A stretch of DNA of 60,036 nucleotides, taken from IMG/VR virus record IMGVR_UViG_3300017605_000626, positions 64,001 through 124,036 of that record. One strand, given 5' to 3'. The first letter of the stretch is position 1; each line of letters starts with the position of its first letter. The notes beneath the pieces are model-generated. The model saw only the letters and a list, made by a program, of their open reading frames with translations, had not been told where the DNA came from and made no database searches. This document shows positions 9,223 to 18,456 of this stretch, one piece after another. Source of the stretch: a virus. Lineage: Duplodnaviria; Heunggongvirae; Uroviricota; Caudoviricetes. The position numbers were made by a program, and so were the translations under genes.

Positions 9223-9260
9223 AAAGGGCCGTTAATAAAATAGCGGTCCTTTTTGTTTTT
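9223..9260 (+). terminator. Rho-independent terminator
   Basis: AAAGGGCCGTTA-ATAAAA-TAGCGGTCCTTT stem-loop followed by a T-rich tract. Confidence 0.8.
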
Positions 9261-9288
9261 GTAGTAAAATTAATTAATAAAGGAATTT

Positions 9289-9726
9289 ATGTCAAAGGTG
9301 AAAAAAGTATTAGATAAATTAGATGTAGCGGAAGCTGCTCTTAATGATCCTAATTTTAATAGAGATGAAGTGGTTCTTGGAGATCAAACTTTTAAAATCA
9401 TGCATTTAGAGTACGATGATTATATTCAGTTTGTTGCTTATCTTGAGCCATTCTTTAATGTGTTGTTGTCTAATACAGGATTATCTAAAACTGAGGCTAA
9501 TTTAGATTTTAAATCATTAATTACTCTTTGTAAAAATGATCTTCCTGAGATGGGCAGGTTGGTATTAAAACAATCTAAACCAGATATTACTATTGAAGAA
9601 GTAAAATCTCTATGTAAAACTCCTTTTAAGATTTGTGATTTGGTATTCTTACAATACCATAAAAACGAAACTGTAAAAGAGTTTCAGAGTTTTTTTCCAC
9701 AGCTAGTGACGATTCTTCAGGGGTAA
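9289..9726 (+). CDS. Tail assembly chaperone (G)
   Basis: 145 aa between tube and tape measure; slippery site near the 3' end. Confidence 0.75.
   Translation: MSKVKKVLDKLDVAEAALNDPNFNRDEVVLGDQTFKIMHLEYDDYIQFVAYLEPFFNVLLSNTGLSKTEANLDFKSLITLCKNDLPEMGRLVLKQSKPDITIEEVKSLCKTPFKICDLVFLQYHKNETVKEFQSFFPQLVTILQG
9690..9696 (+). other. Programmed -1 ribosomal frameshift site (T TTT TTT)
   Basis: AGT TTT TTT CCA; the -1 frame is open from 9696 through ATG 9810 to 10088. Confidence 0.8.
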
Positions 9727-10088
9727 TTCCTCCAGTTGATGCTAAGGATAATCCTTTTATTTTAGTTTCTTCTTTTGCAGAGGCTTATCATTGGAGTTTA
9801 CCAGAGATAATGCAGTTGACTATGCCTCAGATAGTTTTAATGAACCATGCGGCTCATTATAACGGGGAATTAATGAGAGCTAGGATAGACTCAGATAAAC
9901 CTTCTAGATCAATTAATTATGAAGATGCTTATATTCCTGACGCTAATCCCAGAACTGGATGGTTTGATAGTCACGCAGCAAAGCAAATTGTGAAGGATGA
10001 CCCCTTAGTAATGGGAAATAAAAGATTATCGGATGTTAGTGATGACTTTGAATTATTAGCTAGGTATTTGTCAGACTGGAGTGTTTAA
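9696..10088 (+). CDS. C-terminal (T) part of the G-T chaperone frameshift product
   Basis: -1 frame reads STASDDSSGVIPPVDAKDNPFILVSSFAEAYHWSLPEIMQLTMPQ...; W-x3-EI-x2-LT is typical of T segments. Confidence 0.75.
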   Translation, partial: STASDDSSGVIPPVDAKDNPFILVSSFAEAYHWSLPEIMQLTMPQIVLMNHAAHYNGELMRARIDSDKPSRSINYEDAYIPDANPRTGWFDSHAAKQIVKDDPLVMGNKRLSDVSDDFELLARYLSDWSV

Positions 10089-10726
10089 TGAAAATAAAAG
10101 TAGCGCCAAAAAAAGGCCCATCAGGTAGAACATTCTCTCAAGAAATAACTAGAAGAAAGAATGAGCTATCTAGACCTATGGCTGTTACTTTGGCTGGCAA
10201 TGAGCATGAGTTAGATTGGGTTATATTTCAAGAGTTTGGTACTGCAACTAGAAGACAGGCTGATGAAGAAAGAGGTATACCAGGGCCTACTGGTGCGCCT
10301 TATAGAATTCCTAGCATAACTAATTTAACAGCTAAGCCTTTAATATTTCCAGATCCAGAAGATAAGTATATTTTATTAGAACATTTGGAAAATGGTTACG
10401 TTATTACCGATGTTGTTCATCACCCTGGAGTTGCACCTAAATTCTTTATTAGAAGTAAATTAGACCAAATAAGAGAAGATACAAAGGAGTTAATAGTTCA
10501 AGCAATTATTAATCCTAAGATACCGTATAGTTTTAAATACATTAAAAATATATTATTTAATCCAGTTGTAAGAAATATTATTGATAGGATTTCAGATAGT
10601 ATGTCTGAATCATTAAGACAAACCAGAGAAGATGGTAGATTAACTGGAGAATATCCAGAGGTTGTGTTTAGAGAAAAGGTTATAGTAATAGACTCTAGCA
10701 ATCAAACAGACGCGAGTACAGACTAA
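10088..10726 (+). CDS. HK97-gp10-like tail/neck protein
   Basis: WVIFQEFGT and HHPGVAPKFFIR motifs. Confidence 0.65.
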   Translation: MKIKVAPKKGPSGRTFSQEITRRKNELSRPMAVTLAGNEHELDWVIFQEFGTATRRQADEERGIPGPTGAPYRIPSITNLTAKPLIFPDPEDKYILLEHLENGYVITDVVHHPGVAPKFFIRSKLDQIREDTKELIVQAIINPKIPYSFKYIKNILFNPVVRNIIDRISDSMSESLRQTREDGRLTGEYPEVVFREKVIVIDSSNQTDASTD

Positions 10727-10730
10727 ATAG

Positions 10731-13700
10731 ATGCCTCCCACTTTTAATGAAATTCTTGGAATGCGGCTCGATTTTTCCGAGTTCCTTCAAGATTTTGAAA
10801 AGTTTAAAGTAGAATATCAGAAGAAGATTAAATCTCTTGATGAGATTGAAATCAGTTCTAAGGCACAGAAGGTCGTAGACTCTCTTGGTATAAATGAAGT
10901 TAGCAAAGAGATTAGCAATTTAACCAAAGCGTTTAGTGAGTTCTCTGATATTCTTAAAGCTAACTTTGTTAACCCCATTAAAAAAGGGGCTGATGAAGCT
11001 GCTAAGGCTATGCAGAATCTTGGTAGTGAAACTAAGGCTGCCTTTACTCCACTAAAAGAATTTAATGTACAAGATATAGCTAAAGATGAACAAGATGTAA
11101 TTAATACAACTGAGCTTCTTAATAAGAATCTTTCTGAGTTAGTTAGACTTATAATACACAGACAGGAACTTCATAAACAAGGAACTGATCTTACAAGCAT
11201 AGAAAAAGAAATTAAGTTTTTAGAAGAAGAGAATCGTCTTTTAATTAAAGTAAATAATGAGCAAGATAAATTAAATAAGAGTAAGGAGAAGGCGAAAGAA
11301 TCTACTGGTGACGTTGGAGGTATTGGCGGTAATGAAGGAGATCTTGTAAGATCTTCTAAAGCTATTGCAGATGAACAGTTAAAGCTTGTTCGAGCAGGAA
11401 AAATGTTCGAGCAGGTTACAGAAGACGCTAAGATTAGGCAAGCCGATTTTAGACAGTTAGCTCTAGATACTCAGGAAATTTTATTTAGAGAGATTAGTCA
11501 GGGTATTGAAACTGGCGGTGAGATTACTTTTGATAAGCTTACTCAAATTAATCAAAAGTGGTTTGCTGATCAAAAAGCTATTAGAGCTAAGGATGATGTT
11601 GCTTATGACTCATTCTTACAAAACAGAGAAGCCCTTACTAAGAAATCTTTAGACGCCCTTTCTACACAGCAAAAACAATTATTAGAAATTCAGGATCTTA
11701 AGCAGAAAGCTATTAGTCAAAGAGCTATTGTATTTGATTCTGGTGAAGCTACTGAAAAAGATAGAGCCAGAGCAGAACAATCTGTAGAGAATTTTACAAA
11801 AGCTGAGGAAGCAAAAAGAGCACAAATTGCAATTACTAGAGAAGTTACTTTACATGCTCATGAAATTCAAGATCAAGCACAATTAAATTCGATAGAAAAA
11901 ACTTTAGTTGCTTCTGAGAAAGCTGCGGATAAAAGAGTTAATATAGCTATTCGTAGTGAAGAACAAACCAGTGCAGCGATAGAAAAAATACGCAATAAAG
12001 AGATTGCTAGTGAAGAAGCTAGAAATGCAAAAAGAGAAAAAATAAAGCTTTCTCTTTCTAGAGTTAATAAGCAGTTTGCTGATTTACAATTTGCACAACA
12101 AGGCGCTCTTGATGAAATATCCAAAGCTCCTAATGTTGATTTATTCAAAACTACTTTAGCTGAACTTGAAAAATTAGTTCAAGATTCTTTTGCTAAGAGA
12201 ACTGCGTTTGCAGAACAACACGCTAAGTTAGATCAAGCACTTGCGACAGAAACAAATACAGTTGTTATTCAAGGAATTAGAAATGAGCTAGCTATAAGGT
12301 TAGATGCATATAATGAGTCTATACGTGCCGCTGAGAAGTTTGCCGCATCTATTACTAAGAAACCAGAAAATGCTTTAAAAGATCTTGGGTTAAGTAATGA
12401 GCAATTAAAGATTGAAAGAGAAAAAGCTAATGTAATTAGAGATAGTCAAGATGAAATTGGTAAGTTAAAAGTACGTTCTGATAGAATAGAAGAAAGAAGA
12501 CAACAATCCGAATTAGAAAGAAACAAAGCTGTTGAAAGTAATAAAAGCCAAGAGTTAATAAATGCTTTAGATAAAAGATTACAGGCTATAAAAGATTATT
12601 TTGCTGCTGTTGAAAGATTAACTCAAGTTCATAACGCTAAAATAAAAGAAGCTAGTAGCCAGCAAACTGGAATATTTAATAAATCTTCTCAAATAGCGGT
12701 TGATTTTGAAGAAGCTAATAAGGCTGTAAGTAAAACTAGCAAGTCTTTAGCTCTTGCTGATGATACTGTGGGGCGTGTTAAAGAGAAAGCAACTGGCTTA
12801 AGTCAAATTTTTGCTTCATTTAGCAAAGATATATTTAAAACTATTGGTACTGTAGCTAAGTTTGGTTTAATTTGGAATACCGTTGGATTTATTATTGAAG
12901 GTGCATTATTTCCATTCAAGTTATTTGTAAAATCTCTTCAGGATGGGTTTACTTTCCTTGTTAATTTACAGCAGAAGTTGGCTGATGTTAGGGAGAACCT
13001 TGTACAGAATGTAACTTTTGCTAAAAATCTAGCGGATAATTTTGAGTTAGCAGGTAAAGTTGCTACTTTCTTAACACTTGAACAAGAAAGAGCAGCCGCA
13101 TTAATTGGCGTAGAAGCAGATAAGTTTAGACAAGTTTTCGAATCATTTTCATCTACTGGTGGTATTAAAGGAGTAAAGAGAGCTACCGACGATACAGAAC
13201 AAGCTTTATCAAGAGCCGTCAGAACGTCTGCTTTATTGGTGGCCGCACTTAATGCGGTTGGTGTAGGGTCCGAAAATACTAGAAGGCAGACTACAGAAAT
13301 TGGTAAGTTGTTAGAAGGTCAGGTAACGCAAAGAGATAGAATTAGAATTGCTAGTGGTTTGACTGTTAAAGAATTAAATAAGCAATCTTTAGAGGCACAA
13401 AAACAAGGCAAATTTTTAGAATTTGTTGAAGGATTATTTGGCGCGCAAGTTAAAAGATTAGAAAGTGCAAATGATCGTTTTAAAGAATTAAATACTCAAG
13501 TTCAATTCTTTGTCAATAGATTACAAGCTGCATTTGTAGAGCAGATTTTTAGTGAAGTAGTTAAAGCTTTAAAAGATGTATTAAAATTTTTGAAAGAAAA
13601 TGAAAAAGAGTTAATTGTCTTTGCTAGAATAGGCGGAGCAACTTTTAAAGGCTTTTTAGTTCTTCTTTTAGAGATAGGAAAAACTTTTGGAGTAGTGTTT

Positions 13701-16700
13701 AAAGGAGTTTTTGAGTTAGTTGGTAAGATTATTACTTTAGACGGTGTGTTAAATGATACTACTGATTCTTTGCATAAACTTGGCGAAGAATCTAGTAGTA
13801 TTTCTAATCTTAATGATCTTAGTCTAGCTCTGTTCAGAACTTTTCAACATATTTCTTTAGTTGTTTTTGCTGTTAATAATGGATTAAAAGCAATGTTTCA
13901 AATATTGAAGAATGGTCCGTCTGGATTAGATCCTGTTGGACGATTTTTTAATGTTTCTTCTGACCGATCAAAGGCGGCAAAAGATTACACTGAAGCATTA
14001 AAAACAATCACAGAATCTGAAGAAAAATTTGTTAAAAAAAGAGGAGAGCTATTACAAGAGGAGGATAATCTTAGATTTACTATTGGCAGTTTATCTGAAA
14101 GAGCTGCTAAAGATATTGAGCATAATAATAACAAAGCAGCAGAAGATAAAATAAAAAATGCTAATGAAGATAAAAAACGTCTTGAAGCTAATCTAGAAGA
14201 ACAAAAGAGAATTGAAACAAAGTTCCTTTCGGAAAAAGCTGAATTTGATAAGAAGAAACAAAAAGCAATAGAATTAGATTCTGCTATTGTTCTGGACACT
14301 ACTTTTCAAGCTTTCGATGATCAGAAAAAATTATTAGACAAAGAATTTGATGAGCTAAGAAAGTTAGGAAAAAAACAAGAAAAACAAGGCTTGCCGACAA
14401 TAATAGGATTTCCTAAAAAGGAAGGCCCAGAGACGAAGCCAAAATTTGATAATGCTCAGTTACAAGACGCACTTAGACAGTTTAAAGAAGACGCAGATTT
14501 AATTCGTAATTTATTTGCGGAATTAAGAGATGATGTAAATCAAGCTGTAGCAGCCAATGAAAAAGATATAATACCAGCGAGGTCAGAGCTTATAAGTTTG
14601 TTTAAAAGTCAAGGAGAAGCTTTGACTGGTTTGGCTAATGATTTCATTAAAAACTTAAATAAAATTAAGGGAGCTGCTAATCCAAAGGATGTTGAAAAAA
14701 CTAAGGATCAATTAGTAAGGGCTAAAATTGATGCTGAGGAAGAATCTCGCAAAGCTATTGCTAAGATTATACGAGAAGGGACAGCAGAGGAAAAAGCACA
14801 AGAACTAGAAAGACTTAAAAATTCTATAGAAACATTAACACAAGAAGGAAATGCAAGAATTAATTTAATAAAATCTCAAGTTGAGTTAGGCGTTAAATTA
14901 AGGTCAGATGTAGCACAAGAAGAGATTGAATTAAATAGACAGATATTTGAAGAATCATTAAAGATAAATGATTTAGAATTAGATTTGGCTGACCAAAATC
15001 AATCTAAAATAGAAAAAATATTAATAGATCGTGCTAGATCTATTATTACTTTTAATGAGAAGAACGCACAATTAGTTAATGAAAGAATTAAATTACTAGA
15101 AGAAGAGTTAATTGCTACTGAAGAACAAGCCCGCGCTATTTTTGAAGTAAGAAACAACCTTAATAAAGAATTAAATGAATTAGCTAAGAAAGGAACTGCA
15201 ACTGAATTTGAAAAAACTAGAATTGATAATCTTAATTTACAGCTTGAAAGCAAATCTTTAGATTTAAGAGTTAAACAAAATCAATTAGAGTTTGAAAGTA
15301 ATGAAAGACAAAAAGAACAAATTAGAGCTAAGTTAGCTGAATTTAATATAATTAAATTAACTAGAGATTTGGATGCTACAGAAGCTCAACAGTTACTTTT
15401 TAGTCAAAAAGCATTAGAAGAAAAAAGTCAAATTTATCGTAGATTAAAAGTACAACAAGAGGAATTAACATCTGAACTAGTAAAACAAAACGAAGCTATT
15501 GCGGAAGGTAATGTCCGTCAGAATAGAGGATTAGGATCTGCCACGCTTAACTTTTTAACAGGTAGAGAAGTTGATGTTCAAAGATTTAATAGAAATCCAC
15601 AAGCTCAAGCAACTGTTATAAGGGGTGTTGCAGCTAGAGTTACTTCTGAACCTGTTAAAAAGTTTCTTAATGACTTAGCTGATGAAGTAGAAAAGAATTT
15701 AACTAAACAGTTTGGTGGTAAATTTAATAAGTTTAAGTTTGGAATAGATACCGCTGCCGATGCAATACTAGGACTAGCCAGTTTAATTACTAATTTAGCA
15801 GGAGCATTTAGAGAAGGTATAGGTCAAGGAATTACTGCGCTTGGTGGTATTATTAGAACTATAGGAGGCAGTATCGGGCAGTTAGGTACAGCACTTCCTA
15901 AAATTGGTAAAGCATTATCTGGGATTTTTGGTAAAGGATTTGGAAAAACTTTAGGTAAGATATTTGAAGCGGCTGGTCCTATTGCAGAGATTATAGGTGT
16001 AGGTGTGCAGTTATTTTCTGCAATTTTTAGCAGAGCAGCTAAAAGAATTGCTGAAGACATTAAGAAAAATATAGAAAGAATTACTAAAAATTTGGATAGA
16101 GGTATAACTGGGCTAGGAGATACTATTGTCGAGCTTGAGAAACAAAGAGTAGATGCTATCCGTCGTCTTTCTGGAAAGAAGGGAGGTCAAAAAGAATTAG
16201 ATCAAATTCTTCCTGGATTAGAAGATCAGATTTTTTCTTTAAAAAAACAACAAAAGGACGTTCAAGAAGCTTTTGAAGACCAACTAAGTGTTCTTCGTCT
16301 TAACAGTGATGCATTAGTTAGTTTTAATAGAAGTTGGAAAGATGTTGTTAAAACTGTAAAAGATTATTTGGATAGCTTTGCTAAAGGAGAAGATTTACTT
16401 AAAGCTCAAGCCAATGCTGCTGAATTTCTTTCTTTATCTTTAAAGAAGATTAGAGAAGACTTTCTAGATCAAATAGAAAGTGAAGAACAAAGTGCTATTG
16501 ATAGTGCCATAGAATTTAATGATCTTCTTAAAGAAAGAGAAGACTTATTAAAAGATCTTATTAAACTACAAGAAGAGTTTAATAAAGCGCAATTTGATTT
16601 ATTAACTGAAGATGCTGTTGAGGCTAGAGTTGCTGGAGTTGTAGAAAGAGGAAATAAGATTGTTCAACTTCGTAAAGACTTTGAAGAGAGCAAGGCTGAA

Positions 16701-18083
16701 AAAGAAGATAGACTTAGAGAGCTTAATGTAGAGATTGCTCATCAAGCAAGAATTGTTGCGCAGCAGAAACAAATATTCAACTTAGCCTCTAGCACCGCAG
16801 ATTTAAAGGCTAGGTCTAATGCTTTAGAGGAAGCTAGTTTACAAAGACAGCTTGATAAGATCCGTCAAATAAAAGAGGTTGTAGATGGTATAAAGGAGAA
16901 TAATGGAGTATTTACTATTGATCCAGCTTTATTAGCTGCTGCTGGAATTAATCCTAACACAACAACTCCACAAGGAATACAAAATCCTTCCGCTCAGCAG
17001 CAGATTGTTTTAAATTCTAGTGATTTTGATCAAAGCTCGGAAAAATTTAGATTATCTAGTGATAATATTTTTGGGGCTACTAATACATTTGATAGTAGTG
17101 TTTCTAAATTTAGTCAAACTGTCGATAATATTCCTGTTAATACTTTTGAGGCGCCTGCCGTTGTTAACGTAGATTTTTCTAAGGTTGAGTCTTCACTAGA
17201 TACTTTATCTGAGAGCACAATTAAAACGTCTAAAAAGCTTTTAACTATTGAGCCACCAAAACAACAAGTAATAGATGTCAAGCCTTTGGACGATTCTTTA
17301 ACTTCTGCTTCAAGTAAGTTTCAAACTTCGTTAAAAGAAGTAACTAGTACTATAAAGGATGTAACTACTAGATTAGAGAATATAGATATATCTGTTCCTA
17401 AAATAATTGGATTAAATGATTTTGAAACTTCTTTTAAAGAGATAATAAAAACTTTAAATGATGTGACTATTGAGTTAAATCAAATAAGCGTGCCTTTACC
17501 AGAAGTAACTGGATTTGATCATTTTGAAAATTCTTTAAATAGTGCATCAAGTATTTTAGATAGTACAATTAATAAGTTAGAAAAAATAGTCATTCCAGTT
17601 CCAAAAATAACTGGATTGGAAAATCTTGAAATAGCTTTAAAAGACACTACATCATTTATTTCTAATTTTACTAAGAATCCTGCATTTACTTTTGTTGAAG
17701 ATAGATTATTATCCTCTATGGAAGGTTTTACGAATAGCATAGATGATATAGAAATCCCCAAGTTAGAAATTGCTGATACAAAGCAAGTTGCTGATCCTTT
17801 AAATATATTAGTAGAAACGCTAGATAAAATTTTTGTTCAAATAAAAAGTTCTTTTGAATTAGTTACAACTGGTTTAAAAGATATAACTTTAAATACCGTT
17901 AGTTTAAAAGATTTAACCTCTAACTTAGGTAATATTACTAATAATAATAATATGAACACTATTCTTACCAACCCTACTTTTATTATTAATGTGCCAGAAG
18001 GTGTAGATGGTGTTCAATTTGGTCGGGATATGTTAGGAGTTTGGCAAGAAGAACAAACTCGTTTTGGTTTTAACAATCAATAA
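10731..18083 (+). CDS. Tape measure protein
   Basis: 2450 aa, alpha-helical/coiled-coil with Gly-rich amphipathic stretches; follows the G/GT chaperones. Confidence 0.92.
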   Translation: MPPTFNEILGMRLDFSEFLQDFEKFKVEYQKKIKSLDEIEISSKAQKVVDSLGINEVSKEISNLTKAFSEFSDILKANFVNPIKKGADEAAKAMQNLGSETKAAFTPLKEFNVQDIAKDEQDVINTTELLNKNLSELVRLIIHRQELHKQGTDLTSIEKEIKFLEEENRLLIKVNNEQDKLNKSKEKAKESTGDVGGIGGNEGDLVRSSKAIADEQLKLVRAGKMFEQVTEDAKIRQADFRQLALDTQEILFREISQGIETGGEITFDKLTQINQKWFADQKAIRAKDDVAYDSFLQNREALTKKSLDALSTQQKQLLEIQDLKQKAISQRAIVFDSGEATEKDRARAEQSVENFTKAEEAKRAQIAITREVTLHAHEIQDQAQLNSIEKTLVASEKAADKRVNIAIRSEEQTSAAIEKIRNKEIASEEARNAKREKIKLSLSRVNKQFADLQFAQQGALDEISKAPNVDLFKTTLAELEKLVQDSFAKRTAFAEQHAKLDQALATETNTVVIQGIRNELAIRLDAYNESIRAAEKFAASITKKPENALKDLGLSNEQLKIEREKANVIRDSQDEIGKLKVRSDRIEERRQQSELERNKAVESNKSQELINALDKRLQAIKDYFAAVERLTQVHNAKIKEASSQQTGIFNKSSQIAVDFEEANKAVSKTSKSLALADDTVGRVKEKATGLSQIFASFSKDIFKTIGTVAKFGLIWNTVGFIIEGALFPFKLFVKSLQDGFTFLVNLQQKLADVRENLVQNVTFAKNLADNFELAGKVATFLTLEQERAAALIGVEADKFRQVFESFSSTGGIKGVKRATDDTEQALSRAVRTSALLVAALNAVGVGSENTRRQTTEIGKLLEGQVTQRDRIRIASGLTVKELNKQSLEAQKQGKFLEFVEGLFGAQVKRLESANDRFKELNTQVQFFVNRLQAAFVEQIFSEVVKALKDVLKFLKENEKELIVFARIGGATFKGFLVLLLEIGKTFGVVFKGVFELVGKIITLDGVLNDTTDSLHKLGEESSSISNLNDLSLALFRTFQHISLVVFAVNNGLKAMFQILKNGPSGLDPVGRFFNVSSDRSKAAKDYTEALKTITESEEKFVKKRGELLQEEDNLRFTIGSLSERAAKDIEHNNNKAAEDKIKNANEDKKRLEANLEEQKRIETKFLSEKAEFDKKKQKAIELDSAIVLDTTFQAFDDQKKLLDKEFDELRKLGKKQEKQGLPTIIGFPKKEGPETKPKFDNAQLQDALRQFKEDADLIRNLFAELRDDVNQAVAANEKDIIPARSELISLFKSQGEALTGLANDFIKNLNKIKGAANPKDVEKTKDQLVRAKIDAEEESRKAIAKIIREGTAEEKAQELERLKNSIETLTQEGNARINLIKSQVELGVKLRSDVAQEEIELNRQIFEESLKINDLELDLADQNQSKIEKILIDRARSIITFNEKNAQLVNERIKLLEEELIATEEQARAIFEVRNNLNKELNELAKKGTATEFEKTRIDNLNLQLESKSLDLRVKQNQLEFESNERQKEQIRAKLAEFNIIKLTRDLDATEAQQLLFSQKALEEKSQIYRRLKVQQEELTSELVKQNEAIAEGNVRQNRGLGSATLNFLTGREVDVQRFNRNPQAQATVIRGVAARVTSEPVKKFLNDLADEVEKNLTKQFGGKFNKFKFGIDTAADAILGLASLITNLAGAFREGIGQGITALGGIIRTIGGSIGQLGTALPKIGKALSGIFGKGFGKTLGKIFEAAGPIAEIIGVGVQLFSAIFSRAAKRIAEDIKKNIERITKNLDRGITGLGDTIVELEKQRVDAIRRLSGKKGGQKELDQILPGLEDQIFSLKKQQKDVQEAFEDQLSVLRLNSDALVSFNRSWKDVVKTVKDYLDSFAKGEDLLKAQANAAEFLSLSLKKIREDFLDQIESEEQSAIDSAIEFNDLLKEREDLLKDLIKLQEEFNKAQFDLLTEDAVEARVAGVVERGNKIVQLRKDFEESKAEKEDRLRELNVEIAHQARIVAQQKQIFNLASSTADLKARSNALEEASLQRQLDKIRQIKEVVDGIKENNGVFTIDPALLAAAGINPNTTTPQGIQNPSAQQQIVLNSSDFDQSSEKFRLSSDNIFGATNTFDSSVSKFSQTVDNIPVNTFEAPAVVNVDFSKVESSLDTLSESTIKTSKKLLTIEPPKQQVIDVKPLDDSLTSASSKFQTSLKEVTSTIKDVTTRLENIDISVPKIIGLNDFETSFKEIIKTLNDVTIELNQISVPLPEVTGFDHFENSLNSASSILDSTINKLEKIVIPVPKITGLENLEIALKDTTSFISNFTKNPAFTFVEDRLLSSMEGFTNSIDDIEIPKLEIADTKQVADPLNILVETLDKIFVQIKSSFELVTTGLKDITLNTVSLKDLTSNLGNITNNNNMNTILTNPTFIINVPEGVDGVQFGRDMLGVWQEEQTRFGFNNQ
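17316..17660 (+). repeat. Three to four tandem 34-aa repeats in the TMP C-terminus
   Basis: KFQTSLKE..VPKIIGLN / DFETSFKE..LPEVTGFD / HFENSLNS..VPKITGLE, each 34 aa. Confidence 0.7.
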
Positions 18084-18087
18084 ATAT

Positions 18088-18456
18088 ATGTTTAAACTTC
18101 ATAAATTTGATGAAACGCATGTGGACGAAGACTTAACAAAAATTTGTAATAAGGAGTATAAAAACGCTTTGTTATTTAATTGTAAGTTTAAAGATCTTCG
18201 TAACGTTACATTTAAAGATTGTGACATGAATCAAAGTAGAATTCTTTCTGATAGGATTGAAGAATTACTGGGATTTACTGCTACATTTTCATGCAAGCAT
18301 TTTCATAATGTAGAACTATCAGAGCTGGTCTTTGATTTATTTATAATGCTTCTTATTCAAAGTAAGGGTAATGATGAGAAGAGGAGTAAATTAAAGGAAA
18401 TTTTAGGACAGGAAAAATTAGATTTCTTTATTAATAAACTTAAGGACTTAGAATAA
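18088..18456 (+). CDS. Hypothetical protein with pentapeptide-repeat-like segment
   Basis: ORF track 18064..18456; likelier ATG at 18088 just after the TMP stop; FNCKF-KDLRN-VTFKD-CDMNQ. Confidence 0.5.
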   Translation: MFKLHKFDETHVDEDLTKICNKEYKNALLFNCKFKDLRNVTFKDCDMNQSRILSDRIEELLGFTATFSCKHFHNVELSELVFDLFIMLLIQSKGNDEKRSKLKEILGQEKLDFFINKLKDLE

